Below, piece by piece: positions 1-10,261 of a stretch of 63,837 nucleotides of DNA. A program made the translations under genes and the position numbers. The stretch covers positions 1 through 63,837 of the IMG/VR virus record IMGVR_UViG_3300032289_001441, one strand, 5' to 3'. The stretch's first letter is position 1; each line of letters opens with the position of its first letter. Source of the DNA: a virus. Lineage: Duplodnaviria; Caudoviricetes. The notes below the pieces were generated by a model that was given only the letters and a program-made list of their open reading frames with translations, was not told the origin of the DNA and ran no database searches.

Positions 1-317
1 CCCTCCCTAAACTGAGCCCGCGAGCCTTCAAGCCGGATGTCGAAGACGAGCGAAGCAAAGACGGTGCATTCTTCGCATGGATTAGTTTGCGATACGACAA
101 TAGAGAATCTCGGACGAGCCTGACTGCCCAAGCCCCAACCAAACAAATACTTGTACGGCCGGTAAGTGTGGGGGCCGCTTGTGCAAGTGCCGAGATTCTG
201 CAAATCCACGCTATTCCAATCACTTGTCAGCCCACCGTAGCTGACTGGCCCAATCGTTGCCAAGCTGCACGTCGGCCGCTCGTGACACCAATATGTCCCG
301 CAACAAGGGCAGGCCAT
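1..317 (-). CDS. Partial Cys-rich minor tail/virion protein (MACPCC...), runs off window start
   Basis: Manual translation: ATG at 317, just after the stop of the upstream tail gene, open to position 1. Confidence 0.55.
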   Translation of the reverse strand, partial: MACPCCGTYWCHERPTCSLATIGPVSYGGLTSDWNSVDLQNLGTCTSGPHTYRPYKYLFGWGLGSQARPRFSIVVSQTNPCEECTVFASLVFDIRLEGSRAQFRE

Positions 318-318
318 T

Positions 319-1092
319 TTAAATCTCCAAGGAAATGTAGGTGGCGGTGTGCGTGCCGATCATAATCGTTGCAGTCTGCGTCGTGCCCGCTGTCACGATC
401 GTTGCGGTCTGCGTGGCTGCGAGCGTGACTATCGTAGCCGTCTGGCTGTTTCCGCTCGCTTTGAATGTTAGCGTCTGGGGAGCGCTGGCCGTCTTTATCT
501 TCATGGTGGTGGTTGTGACATTGATTGAGCAGTTAGACGTATTCAGCGAGGCGCTGACACTTGCAATCACATCTACGTCGGACGCAGAAGGAACGTATGT
601 GATCGTCCTGTCTGCGCCTGCGCTGGCGTAAGTCAGCGTCTGCGTGTCTGCTGACGAAAGGAATGTGATGGTCTGTGTTGGCGCGCTTCCGATGAAAGTA
701 ATCGTCTGCGTAGCAGTCGAAAAGACCGCAGTTTTCGACGACATCTGGAATGATACGAGATACCACTGGGTGCCGTCTTTGGCGACGTTTACGATGCGAG
801 TCGTGGTCGTGCCCTTCGGCGCGGGCAGGCTGACAATCTTGTTGAGGACGCTGACAGTATTCGGCGAGGTCGTGACGCCGTAGAAGGTTACGGTCTTGAG
901 CGTATCGACGGGCCACTCGCCGGCAGCGGTGCAGACGCGAAAGACCTTCGGCGAAAAACTGGAACCGCCGTCCTCCAGCGCTGTCGGAATCCGGCTCACC
1001 GGCCCGCCGAAGGGGATGGAGTCCACCTTCGCGATCGTGCTTTTAAGCTTCTCGCGAAGACTCTCGCCGATGAGGTACTTGCCGTCAGCCAT
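319..1092 (-). CDS. Minor tail protein, Thr-rich repeats
   Basis: Downstream of tape measure; TQT(A/I)T(I/F) repeats; TAATG overlap with upstream gene. Confidence 0.65.
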   Translation of the reverse strand: MADGKYLIGESLREKLKSTIAKVDSIPFGGPVSRIPTALEDGGSSFSPKVFRVCTAAGEWPVDTLKTVTFYGVTTSPNTVSVLNKIVSLPAPKGTTTTRIVNVAKDGTQWYLVSFQMSSKTAVFSTATQTITFIGSAPTQTITFLSSADTQTLTYASAGADRTITYVPSASDVDVIASVSASLNTSNCSINVTTTTMKIKTASAPQTLTFKASGNSQTATIVTLAATQTATIVTAGTTQTATIMIGTHTATYISLEI

Positions 1093-2186
1093 TAGGAAAA
1101 CCACCGGATGCCGAAGTTGGCGAAGTTAGTGCCGAAAGCCATTTCGGGCTGGATGCAGATGCGGTTGATGAGAACTTTTTGACTGGCCGGGTACGCGCGA
1201 GTGTTTCGCGGCGTCCCGTCGTCGTTGAGCGCAACTGGCTGGGCGGACGGCCTCTGCGTCCATCCGCCTTGGGTTGCGGGAACTGTAACCATCGCCCTCG
1301 TCCTTTTGGTTTGAGTCCCAAAAGCGTAGGTTTGTGGAGTTCCGGCACTGTTGAGTTGCACTTTTCCGGTGTCGTCGTGCTGAAGCGTCAGCGCTTCAAC
1401 ATCAACTTCATTCGGAGATGACAGGCCGTAGTTGATGATATTAAACCCCGTCTGCGGCACCGCCATGTCCCAGCCAATCGCCTGAAACCCATCTCGCGTG
1501 ATCGTCCAGTGAGCCCGCACTGCGAACCCGAATGTGACCTTGAATCCGCGAAACGTCGTGTTTCCGAACTGCTCCACGACTGGCTGCGACGATATGCTTT
1601 GAAGCATACAGCAGTGAATGCCGACGCTCAGATTTGAGAACGTGAAGATGTCGCTGTTTATATACCCACAGTAGGCCAGGAGCTGACTCATGTCTGAATA
1701 CGAATACTGGTCGATATTGATGTTAACGACCGGCTCGAGGCGAGTCACTCCGTCAACGAGATCGCCTACGGGGTTGACCGCCGGAATCCACGACCCCGAC
1801 ACACCGCCCGACACAGGCGAGCCGCCCCACGCCGCGATCTCAGTCAGCGACGTTGTCATTGAGTAGAGGGCAGGCCGCTGGGCAGGCGGCTGCGAGCCTG
1901 GGTCTACGTTGCCTATGCCGGCGCTGGTGCGATACTGCGCCGTGACGATCCGCACCATCCGGCTCTCGCCGTCGGCTTTGACATCCAGGCTGACGCACGG
2001 GATCGGATTGGCCGAGCCGAGCGGGTCGCCGATGTTAACGCCGACTACGTCGGAGATAATGAACGACTCGTTTGGCGAGTTGAGCAGAATCTTCCACGTC
2101 CGCGTGGCCTGATCAGCGAGCGAACCGCCATCGGAGCTGCGGCTGAAAGACTTCCCCTGCGCGAGTTCGGAGACGAGCTTCGGCAT
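1092..2186 (-). CDS. Minor tail protein (distal tail/hub position)
   Basis: 364 aa, coupled directly after tape measure gene. Confidence 0.65.
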   Translation of the reverse strand: MPKLVSELAQGKSFSRSSDGGSLADQATRTWKILLNSPNESFIISDVVGVNIGDPLGSANPIPCVSLDVKADGESRMVRIVTAQYRTSAGIGNVDPGSQPPAQRPALYSMTTSLTEIAAWGGSPVSGGVSGSWIPAVNPVGDLVDGVTRLEPVVNINIDQYSYSDMSQLLAYCGYINSDIFTFSNLSVGIHCCMLQSISSQPVVEQFGNTTFRGFKVTFGFAVRAHWTITRDGFQAIGWDMAVPQTGFNIINYGLSSPNEVDVEALTLQHDDTGKVQLNSAGTPQTYAFGTQTKRTRAMVTVPATQGGWTQRPSAQPVALNDDGTPRNTRAYPASQKVLINRICIQPEMAFGTNFANFGIRWFS

Positions 2187-5100
2187 TAGAGGAGGACTCC
2201 TGGGTTGTTGGCCTTGAGGTCGTTCCTGATTTCCTCAAGGTAGCCAGACTGCTTCCGCAACTCCGCCAAGTTCACGTCCTTCGCCGAATCGTCGCCTCTG
2301 ATGAGGCGGGTGAGTTCGCTGGCACCCTGACTCGTCGACACGTCGGAGACGTTCAGGGCGGCGCGGGATGGGCCTTGGAGGATTGCGTTCTGCCGCTCGT
2401 CTTGGAAGCCCTTGAGCATCGGGGCTACGGATTCCATCTGGTTCCGCATGGCTTGGCGGAGGAACTTGGTGGGGTCTTCGCCCTTGCCTCGCATTTCGGC
2501 TGCGCGGGCGTTGATGTCGGCCCCTGCGCCTTCGGCGAATTCCTTCTGGAATCGTTCGCGGTCGGTCATGCCCAGGTCGCGACCGCGGAGGGCGCGGTCG
2601 CGTTGGCTGCGGGTGTATTGCTCGTCGTCGATGGACTTGCGTTCGTCGCGAGTGCCGGCGTCGATGGCTGCCTCGTTCTCGCCGCGCATCCTGCGGTTCT
2701 CTCCCTGAATCCGTTTTCTCTCATCTATCTCCAAGTCTGTGAGTCCGCCCGTCGCCTCCTTCTCGGCCAGATCAGCCAAACGCTTGTCATTAGCCGCGAT
2801 TGCTTTGTTGTTCGCCGCGACGGCTGGGTCTCTCTCGATTTCCTTCCGCTTGTTGTCCAGATTGTCTTGTAGCTCCTGGGCACGCTGGCGGTCGCTGCGG
2901 AGCCGTGCATCGGCCTCGTCTCGCTCTCGGCGAGTCTTTTCGTTGGGGTTATTGATGTACCGCTGCTGTGCTTCGTTTGCCTGCCGCTCGCTGTCGGCCA
3001 TGATCTGGTTCGCCGCATCAATGCTGCGTTTGAACGTCGGGTCTTCGGCGGCTCGCTGACGACCCTTCTCAAGCTCCTTCTCGCGAGCCAAGATGCCGTT
3101 GTTGATGGCGTCAAGCTGCTTCCGCTCGGCGTCAGTCAACTGCCTCGCCATCATCTCTCGCTGCCGAAGCAGTTCGATCTCTCGCTTCGTCGCCGCGTCA
3201 AGTTCCGCGTTCTCGGCCTGATTGAGACCGCCGCCGATCCTGCTCTTTGCCTCAAGGTCTTGGCGGCGTTGAGTGATTGCCTCAAGTTCGCCGTTGATCG
3301 CCGCCATCTGCGGGTTCTGCTGAATCTCGCGACGGCGATTGTCCAAGTTGGCCTGGGCGTTTCCGAGCAATGCCCGGTCGTTGATCAGTCGCTGCTCGGC
3401 TGCATCCCTTGCCTCGCGGCCGCCAGCCCGCAGCGGGTTCTCCTCGAACGCTCGCTGTGCCGCATCCGCACCCTGCTCGGATCGCTGCAACGCCGAATCG
3501 CCGACCTTGCGAATGCGGGTAAGCGCGGCCTCGATGCCGGCGGCGGCCTCGGCGAGGGCTGCGGCGGCCTCGGAGGCTTTCTGGGAAAGCTCAAGGCTAG
3601 CTCCAGCGGCTCTGCTTGCTGCCTCTGCGGCCCTCAGGTCTGCTTCGGCCTTTTTGACGGCTGCGTCGGCGGCCGCTGTGTCGCCGCCTGCATCCCTGAC
3701 TTTTTGCAGCTCTGCCCTGGCGTCCCTGAGTTGCTGCTGCCGGTCGCCGACGCTGGCTGCGCTCTGCTCAACCCTCCGGCGAGCCACAAGCTCTGCATCG
3801 GCCGCAGCGCGGCCTCTCGCGATCAGGCCCGCTCGTTCGTTCCTAAACCGCTCGTTACCCTCCAGCGAAGCCGTAGCTTGGGTGAGGCGTTCCCCACCCA
3901 TCGACCGGCCGAGGCGCAGCTCCCTGGCTCTCGCTTCTGTTTCGGCCTGCTTGATGCGAACGGCGGCAACTTGCTGCTCGGCCTCTTTGACGATCGCCTC
4001 GCGCTGGGCTGGGTCTTCGATTTCCGTTGACATCTCTACAGCGCGGGCAAGTTTTGCGTCGGCGCTAGACAATTCAGCCGCCAGAGAATCAAGTTGCCTT
4101 TGGAATTCAGCGGCCCCAGGGACGCCGCGTTCGATCGCCTTTGCAACGTCCTCCTGGGCGGTTCGTATCGACCGCGCCGCGTCTTCAGACGCCACCGCCA
4201 CATTGATAGCAAGCGAGTCAATGGCTTTCTGGAAGGGCGCTTCCAGTTGCTCGAGGAGAGACTGGAGGCGTGCAATTGTTTCTGATGCCGTCGCGGCCGG
4301 CGCTGTCTGAATGCCAAGGAACGAATCTTGGGACGCCGGCCGAAGGCCGGCAATCATTCTCTCTATCGCATCCCTTTGGGATACAAGGGAGTCTCCTGCG
4401 CTTTCCGAAATCCTCCTTGCCCTGCCCTCTCTTTCCTGCTGCGTAAGCTCCCGTCCTCCTGGGCCGCTCCTGTTTGTAATGTTTCGCAGCGCCTCGTCGA
4501 AAAGAACCCTGCGAACGTCGGCTGGCGACTCGATTGGGCCAGTGCCCATCGGCCTTGACGCGACCGAGCTTCCAAGGAACCGTCGCGTTCTCTCCAGAAT
4601 CCCGCCAAAGCCCTGAGTTCCGAACTCGGCTCCAGGCAACTCAACGGGCCTGTTGCCGGCTGCCGTGCGGGCTCTCTTCTCTGCGGCGTCCGATTCTCGA
4701 ATGCTCTTCTGAAGCACCACAGAACGACCTGGGTCGGTCTCGGCTTCGAGTTGCTTCTGTAGTTTGTTTCTGTCAGCCCGCCCCCGTTGAATTTCTGGGT
4801 CTAGGTCGGCGATCCTGTTCTCTCTGACTTCTCGTTGCTTATTCCTAATGTTGGCAATCTCTCTACCGAAAGCCGCGCCGCCGTCAGCACCGGCAGAGCG
4901 AGTGCCTCGTGAAATAGAATCGCCAAGCGAAAGGAATGCTTGAGCAAGCTCCTCGACAAGCCCTTTCTGGCGGGCGAGGGCTTCATTGAGCGCCTTGGTT
5001 TGGTCTTCTGCTGAACGTCCGTTGTTTGCAAACTTGACTATGCCGACGGCAACCTGACCAGCCAAGACTGCACCAAGGCCGATGAATAACCCCGTCGTGC

Positions 5101-7345
5101 CGCCCAGCACGAATGCCAACTGCGTCACGTTGTTGCTGACAGCTCGCAACTTCTGGTCGATGCCGCCAGTTGAAGACATGAAGTCGTCGATGGCGAATGC
5201 GGCTTGATTGGCGGCGAGTGACAGATTGTCGAAACCGCCTCGTCCAACGTCGCCGGCACGCTGCATATCGCGACGGATGCGGCTGACGCTGCCGCCTCCG
5301 GCTTGAGACGTGGCATTCACAGCAGCGGCCCGCAAACGATCAATCCGCTGCCTTGTGGCTGGCTCATCACGAGTTCCAGCCGCCATTGCTTCTGCGATTG
5401 CGTTTCGCAGCGCATTAAATGCAGCCACCGCTGGGCCGCGCGCCGCCGCCTGCGTCCTTCCAAGAGCACCCTGCAAGGACGTTAACGCCGCAACTTCCCC
5501 TTGAAGGGCACGCTGATCAAGGCCCAGCCTGATTCCAGTGACTCCTTCGCCACCAAACGACGTAGCGAATTTCATCGCCGCCGACGCCCGCGAGGCATCC
5601 TGCGTCAGGAGAGTGAGACTGCGCCTCGCCGCCTCAATTTCGGCTGGAAGTGCGGCGGGAGCAGTCGACAGCCGCATGAAAGCCGCCTCGGCCTCGCGGA
5701 TGGCCGGTACGAACCTAGTCCGCAGGCCATCAGGCATGGTGTCGATCTGGCTTTTGAGCGACGTTATGCTGCCCTGAAGAACGGCGAGTTGGCGGCGCGG
5801 AGCCTCAATGTCCTGGCCCACCGCCGACGCGGCGGCTCGCCTTAGATTGTCTTCGTAATACCCAGCCCCGATGGGGGTTGAGCGCCCCTCGTTCGCCATT
5901 AAATCCGACTCGCCCTGATCCACTCGCAGGAAGCGCGATGCAGCCTCCGCGCGGAGCTGGGCGTCGGCCAACGCTTCTGTCCTCTGGCGGGCGTCCTCAA
6001 GCTGCTGGAGGTAGGCGCGGATGTCTTGCGAGCGCCCCTCGTTCGCCATCAAGTCTGATTCGCCCTGATCCACTTGCAGGAAGCGAGATGCTGCCTCCGC
6101 GCGGCGCTGGGCATCGGTCAGAGCCTCCGTCCTCAGACGAGCGTCTTCAAGCTGCTGAAGGTAGGCGCGGATGTCTTGCGAGCGCCCCTCGTTCGCCAAC
6201 AAGTTCGACTCGCCCTGATCGACTTGCAAGAACCGTGACGCCGCCTGCGCGCGGCGCTGGGCTTCGGCTAACGCCTCTGTCCTCAGACGAGCGTCCTCAA
6301 GCTGCTGGAGGTAGGCGCGGATGTCTTGCGAGCGCCCCTCGTTCGCCATCAAGTTCGACTCGCCCTGATCGACTTGCAAGAACCGTGACGCCGCCTGCGC
6401 GCGGCGCTGGGCGTCTGCCAAGGCTTCCGTCCTCTGGCGTGCATCCTCAAGCTGTTGCAGGTAGGCGCGGATGTCTTGCGAGCTGCCTTCGTTCGCAGAC
6501 TCTGCGGACAAGCGAACTCGCCGTTCGATCTCGTCGTTGAGACGCCGCTGAACGGCTAGCTGTGTCTCGTATGCCGATGTCGCTGCGGCAACATTTCCGT
6601 TGACGAGGAGCTTTTCGTTCTCAAGGGCCGCTGCCAATCGCTCTGTCTCTCTGGCGGCGGCAGCCTGTTGCTGCACCAACCCAGCAATGCCAGCCGACGC
6701 CATCGCCGCAGGTGCCATCTGAGCCGCTTCAGACTGGACGCTCGCAGATCGACGCATTTCAGCGGCCAGTTCGGGTCTCTGAAAGCGAAGCTCCTGCCCC
6801 GTCGCAAGGCCAGAGACCATCGCGCCCGCTTCTTTCATGCGGGACATTGCAGCGGTCGTAACCTCAACTTGACGAGCAACTCGCGAGAATTGATCGACAG
6901 ACGCAGTGCCTGTGCGGTTTATCGTATCGGCGAGCTTCTCGACCGATGCCTGGGCGCTTACTAGCGCCGGGTTGAACTCGCCTTGAACAGCCAGCGACAA
7001 CCGCCCGAACGATTTTGCCGACTCTGACAGAGGCTTATTGATCTGCTCCGAAGCAGAATACAAAGCCTGCATTCGCGTGACGGCAGACTGTAAGTCTGGG
7101 CCTTGAAAGCCCTTGAACTGGAGCTTCCTCGTCGAGATCGCCGCCAGCGCCCGCTCAAGCTTCTGCGCATCGGTGTATATACCCCGAAGCGAAGAAGACG
7201 AGCTAGCCTGGGCGCTTGACAGCGATCCCTGCATACTGCTCGCGAACTTCTGAACGTCTTTCGCGGCAGCGTTGAGCTTGCTCTGAAAGTCGGCCGTGTT
7301 CGCGGAGACGACTGCGCTGATTTTGCCGAGGTAGCCGTTTGCCAT
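2186..7345 (-). CDS. Tail tape measure protein
   Basis: 1719 aa Ala/Arg/Gln-rich helical protein following tail assembly chaperones; hydrophobic segment mid-protein. Confidence 0.9.
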   Translation of the reverse strand: MANGYLGKISAVVSANTADFQSKLNAAAKDVQKFASSMQGSLSSAQASSSSSLRGIYTDAQKLERALAAISTRKLQFKGFQGPDLQSAVTRMQALYSASEQINKPLSESAKSFGRLSLAVQGEFNPALVSAQASVEKLADTINRTGTASVDQFSRVARQVEVTTAAMSRMKEAGAMVSGLATGQELRFQRPELAAEMRRSASVQSEAAQMAPAAMASAGIAGLVQQQAAAARETERLAAALENEKLLVNGNVAAATSAYETQLAVQRRLNDEIERRVRLSAESANEGSSQDIRAYLQQLEDARQRTEALADAQRRAQAASRFLQVDQGESNLMANEGRSQDIRAYLQQLEDARLRTEALAEAQRRAQAASRFLQVDQGESNLLANEGRSQDIRAYLQQLEDARLRTEALTDAQRRAEAASRFLQVDQGESDLMANEGRSQDIRAYLQQLEDARQRTEALADAQLRAEAASRFLRVDQGESDLMANEGRSTPIGAGYYEDNLRRAAASAVGQDIEAPRRQLAVLQGSITSLKSQIDTMPDGLRTRFVPAIREAEAAFMRLSTAPAALPAEIEAARRSLTLLTQDASRASAAMKFATSFGGEGVTGIRLGLDQRALQGEVAALTSLQGALGRTQAAARGPAVAAFNALRNAIAEAMAAGTRDEPATRQRIDRLRAAAVNATSQAGGGSVSRIRRDMQRAGDVGRGGFDNLSLAANQAAFAIDDFMSSTGGIDQKLRAVSNNVTQLAFVLGGTTGLFIGLGAVLAGQVAVGIVKFANNGRSAEDQTKALNEALARQKGLVEELAQAFLSLGDSISRGTRSAGADGGAAFGREIANIRNKQREVRENRIADLDPEIQRGRADRNKLQKQLEAETDPGRSVVLQKSIRESDAAEKRARTAAGNRPVELPGAEFGTQGFGGILERTRRFLGSSVASRPMGTGPIESPADVRRVLFDEALRNITNRSGPGGRELTQQEREGRARRISESAGDSLVSQRDAIERMIAGLRPASQDSFLGIQTAPAATASETIARLQSLLEQLEAPFQKAIDSLAINVAVASEDAARSIRTAQEDVAKAIERGVPGAAEFQRQLDSLAAELSSADAKLARAVEMSTEIEDPAQREAIVKEAEQQVAAVRIKQAETEARARELRLGRSMGGERLTQATASLEGNERFRNERAGLIARGRAAADAELVARRRVEQSAASVGDRQQQLRDARAELQKVRDAGGDTAAADAAVKKAEADLRAAEAASRAAGASLELSQKASEAAAALAEAAAGIEAALTRIRKVGDSALQRSEQGADAAQRAFEENPLRAGGREARDAAEQRLINDRALLGNAQANLDNRRREIQQNPQMAAINGELEAITQRRQDLEAKSRIGGGLNQAENAELDAATKREIELLRQREMMARQLTDAERKQLDAINNGILAREKELEKGRQRAAEDPTFKRSIDAANQIMADSERQANEAQQRYINNPNEKTRRERDEADARLRSDRQRAQELQDNLDNKRKEIERDPAVAANNKAIAANDKRLADLAEKEATGGLTDLEIDERKRIQGENRRMRGENEAAIDAGTRDERKSIDDEQYTRSQRDRALRGRDLGMTDRERFQKEFAEGAGADINARAAEMRGKGEDPTKFLRQAMRNQMESVAPMLKGFQDERQNAILQGPSRAALNVSDVSTSQGASELTRLIRGDDSAKDVNLAELRKQSGYLEEIRNDLKANNPGVLL
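5881..6497. repeat. 150-bp (50 aa) tandem repeat x4 within tape measure gene
   Basis: agcgcccctcgttcgcc recurs at 5881, 6031, 6181 and 6331, degenerate at 6481. Confidence 0.95.
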
Positions 7346-7349
7346 CGCT

Positions 7350-7673
7350 TCATCCTTGAATTGGCGTGTTCAACTTCATCAGCTCGGCCATCAACTGTTG
7401 CTGCGATTGCTCTGGCTTGACAACAGTCGGGATGAAAGCGGCCTCGTCTGGAATATCGTTCTTCTTGTAGTGCCCAGACGATGCCATGATCACCCTGCAC
7501 AGTCTCGCCGTCTGGCCCCAGGGGTCAGGCAGCGGCCACCGCTGATCAAATGCGTACCACTCGGCGATCTCCTTGCTGTCAACCTCCTGCAACAGCCTCT
7601 TGACGCTCATCCCCAGAGTTGCGGCTAGGCGGAAGTAGAAACGTCGCTCTGGCCGAGCGGCGAATCTTCCCCC
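7350..7673 (-). CDS. Tail assembly chaperone, frameshift (G-T) C-terminal part
   Basis: -1 frame open from GGGGGAA (7673-7667) reading GRFAARPERRFYFRLAATLGMSVKRLL...; lies between chaperone and TMP. Confidence 0.75.
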   Translation of the reverse strand, partial: GGRFAARPERRFYFRLAATLGMSVKRLLQEVDSKEIAEWYAFDQRWPLPDPWGQTARLCRVIMASSGHYKKNDIPDEAAFIPTVVKPEQSQQQLMAELMKLNTPIQG

Positions 7674-7996
7674 AAGGCATCGACTGCCTCCTGAGTGAAG
7701 GCGTTCAGCTTCCAGCCAGCCTCGAAGAGGCGATTGATCACCACCGACGACTTCTTGCCGAGCACGTCGGCCTCGTCGTCACTGAAGAGCCGCTCGCCAT
7801 CCTCATCGCACAGGGCGAGCAGAAGGAAGCGAATGCGGAACGCCTTCATCTTCTGGTCGGCGTAGGACTCCTCGAAACGATCGCGGTCGGTGCCGGTGAG
7901 GACACGAAGAAACACGTCGCCCTTCCACTCAGGAACGGCGAACTTTTCCTTGCGAACGTCATCGACCGCCAGGATGCTTTTACGATCAAGTGCCAT
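7625..7996 (-). CDS. Tail assembly chaperone (lambda gpG-like)
   Basis: VPEWKGDV...LTGTDRD motif; position between tail tube and TMP; GGAG RBS. Confidence 0.8.
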   Translation of the reverse strand: MALDRKSILAVDDVRKEKFAVPEWKGDVFLRVLTGTDRDRFEESYADQKMKAFRIRFLLLALCDEDGERLFSDDEADVLGKKSSVVINRLFEAGWKLNAFTQEAVDALGEDSPLGQSDVSTSA

Positions 7997-8041
7997 TTCA
8001 ATCTGCTCCAAAAAAGTTCTTTCGGTGCGGCATCCTGCCGA

Positions 8042-8407
8042 CTAAGTAGCTTGATAATCAGTCATAAGAAAGCGAAGCGAACCCCGCACTATTTCGCCCG
8101 CCTGCGCGGACACAGATGCGGATTCGCAGAGCACGCGGCGGCTGATGCTGTAGCCAACCGAGTTGAACGAGAGAATGCCGACTTGCCTCACGAACACCCA
8201 AGGGTCGGCGTTGCTTGACAGGAAGTCCACAGTTATGGTGCCGCCGGATTGTTCCCCGGTCGGCACCATAAACGTGTATCCCAGGCCGTCCGTGGCGGCG
8301 GTCATGTTCGTGACCTCTGCTGTCGGCATCTCCACAGAGATACCCGTCAGCTTGCCGTTGAAGCCCATGAAGGAGAACGTCGCGCCGTGTGCGGTGGCCC
8401 CGGCCAT
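8042..8407 (-). CDS. Tail tube-like protein 2
   Basis: Beta-rich, similar layout to neighbouring 8428-8757; position. Confidence 0.55.
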   Translation of the reverse strand: MAGATAHGATFSFMGFNGKLTGISVEMPTAEVTNMTAATDGLGYTFMVPTGEQSGGTITVDFLSSNADPWVFVRQVGILSFNSVGYSISRRVLCESASVSAQAGEIVRGSLRFLMTDYQAT

Positions 8408-8427
8408 GTCGGGTCACCTCCAGGGCG

Positions 8428-8757
8428 TTAGGCCACCCGCCACGTCGCGTTGCCCTTGACGAGGTCGCCAACAGTGCCGCCGACGGACGAGGCCGTGAGG
8501 GTAGCGTTGCCGGTGAAGCTGACGGGGCCGGTGATGCTGATCGCTGCCGACTGCACCGTGATGACGTTCGCGGCGATGTAGTCGCAAGTGATTTCTCGCT
8601 GAACGAACGTCGGGACGTACTCGCGTCGGCTGCCCACGGCCTGACCGAGGTGCGAACCGTCGGCATTGTCGATCGTGTCGTTGACATTGAAGCTCGTGAT
8701 GGTGAGCGTCTGACCGCTGTAGGTCATCGACACGCCCATTGCTGCAATACCGGCCAT
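8428..8757 (-). CDS. Tail tube-like protein 1
   Basis: Small beta-rich protein after tail terminator; ends ..GDLVKGNATWRVA. Confidence 0.6.
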   Translation of the reverse strand: MAGIAAMGVSMTYSGQTLTITSFNVNDTIDNADGSHLGQAVGSRREYVPTFVQREITCDYIAANVITVQSAAISITGPVSFTGNATLTASSVGGTVGDLVKGNATWRVA

Positions 8758-8781
8758 AGTGCGCCTCCTTGCGCTAAAGTC

Positions 8782-9207
8782 TTATTCAGTGGCCTCAGAC
8801 CACCGAATCTGAAATAGTTGTCGAACCTCGTATGCGGGGGGGAGCTGGGCTCCCACGACTGCCGGGTCTAGATAGTCATCCGTCTCCGACACGAGCCGTA
8901 TATCACTAATTGTACTGCCTGCGAGTGTGCCGGTGCGTCCATCCAAAGCGAGTCGTACCTCATCCGCAAGCTCGCGTGCCGCGTCGTAGTAGAGCGCCCA
9001 GGAAGCGACCTGAAGGTTGACCACAGGCTGATACAGCGGCCCCCCGAGGGTGGGCTCTCGGGTTATGTTGTTCCGCTTGTAGATGCAAAATGGCAGGACG
9101 GCCGTTTTCGGCACGGCGATCGGAAATACCTGAAAGCCGACCAGCCTCGCCACTGCGGGGGTTGTGACCAGCCTCTGAAAAACGTGCTTTTCTGGAGAGA
9201 TGATCAC
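8782..9207 (-). CDS. Tail terminator/completion protein (DUF3168-like)
   Basis: VFP..P....LPF..Y, 'YDAARELADEVRLAL' pattern; synteny. Confidence 0.8.
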   Translation of the reverse strand: MIISPEKHVFQRLVTTPAVARLVGFQVFPIAVPKTAVLPFCIYKRNNITREPTLGGPLYQPVVNLQVASWALYYDAARELADEVRLALDGRTGTLAGSTISDIRLVSETDDYLDPAVVGAQLPPAYEVRQLFQIRWSEATE

Positions 9208-9941
9208 TGCGTTAGCCTCGCCAGCGTGTTCTCAATGGCAGCCTTCAGCGTGTTAAATACGGCCCCCTGCTGCTCGTCGATGGTCTTTTGCATCGCGTGT
9301 TTCGCAGGCATCGGTGCGTAGTCTTCGCCGGGGTGCAGCGTCACGGGGTGCATCTCCCCGTTGGTGACGCCGAAGTCATGCGGGTAGCCCTTGCCCATGC
9401 CGGCCTGCCGCGTGGCCTCGTTGATGCTGCCCATCAGGAAGTAATAGCCCTTCGACATATTCGCGAACTGCTGATTGTTCGCCGACGAGTGCCGCCGCAT
9501 CTTCCCGTTGATCATCTGGTGGACATTGAGGTACGTTCGCCGTCCCTTCGTCCCAGGCTTTCGGCGGTCGGTACCGAACTCGACAAGCCATGCGTGATTG
9601 CCCGAACCGTCCTTTTCTGTAGCGCTGCCGGTGCCAGTCTGCCACGGGCCGACGATAGCTACCGCGGCTGAGTCGTAGGTCTTCGTCTTGATCCTGACCG
9701 ACTTTTTGAGATTGCCCGTGGCGTTGCCGACCTTGGAGCGATACCCCCGCCGAATGTGCTCGGCGGCCTTCCTTGCCGCATCCTCAAGGGCTTTCGGTTC
9801 TCCCATCTTTGTGGCAATCGCCTGCAATTGCTCCGCCAGCTCGCGGATGCCGGCCGTTTTGACCGTGACGAACCCCTCGGCAAGCGACTTTCCTGTTCTG
9901 CCTCCGAAATCCCTCGGCGATCCTTGGCCTTGAGTAATCAT
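9204..9941 (-). CDS. HK97 gp10-like neck protein
   Basis: TGNLKKSV, HAWLVEFGT, PMPAKH motifs. Confidence 0.85.
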   Translation of the reverse strand: MITQGQGSPRDFGGRTGKSLAEGFVTVKTAGIRELAEQLQAIATKMGEPKALEDAARKAAEHIRRGYRSKVGNATGNLKKSVRIKTKTYDSAAVAIVGPWQTGTGSATEKDGSGNHAWLVEFGTDRRKPGTKGRRTYLNVHQMINGKMRRHSSANNQQFANMSKGYYFLMGSINEATRQAGMGKGYPHDFGVTNGEMHPVTLHPGEDYAPMPAKHAMQKTIDEQQGAVFNTLKAAIENTLARLTQ

Positions 9942-10258
9942 TTCGCTTCCTCCCTCGCCAGTATCTCATGAATCGAGCGAGCCTCTCGCTCAAGCACGCT
10001 GGAAATCTCCATCACGCGGCCACGCCACAGAAGGCGGTGCTGGTGCGTGATGCCGGGGAAGAATCGAATGCGAATGCGGTGAGTGACCAATGCGCCGGCC
10101 TGCTGGGCGGCGAAGTAGTCGGCCGCCCTGACGCCCATGATGCTGGCGTAGACCGTAGCCTCGTCCACCCAGGTCAGCGTCGTCTCGCCGAACGCGCTCT
10201 GCTGATCCACGGGCTTCTGGATCGTCACCCGCTCCCGCATGGTGCCTGAGTTGATCAT
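9938..10258 (-). CDS. Head closure/head-tail adaptor (SPP1 gp16-like)
   Basis: G.MRERVTIQ, THRIRIR, RL.W.GR..EI motifs. Confidence 0.9.
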   Translation of the reverse strand: MINSGTMRERVTIQKPVDQQSAFGETTLTWVDEATVYASIMGVRAADYFAAQQAGALVTHRIRIRFFPGITHQHRLLWRGRVMEISSVLEREARSIHEILAREEAK

Positions 10259-10261
10259 GGC

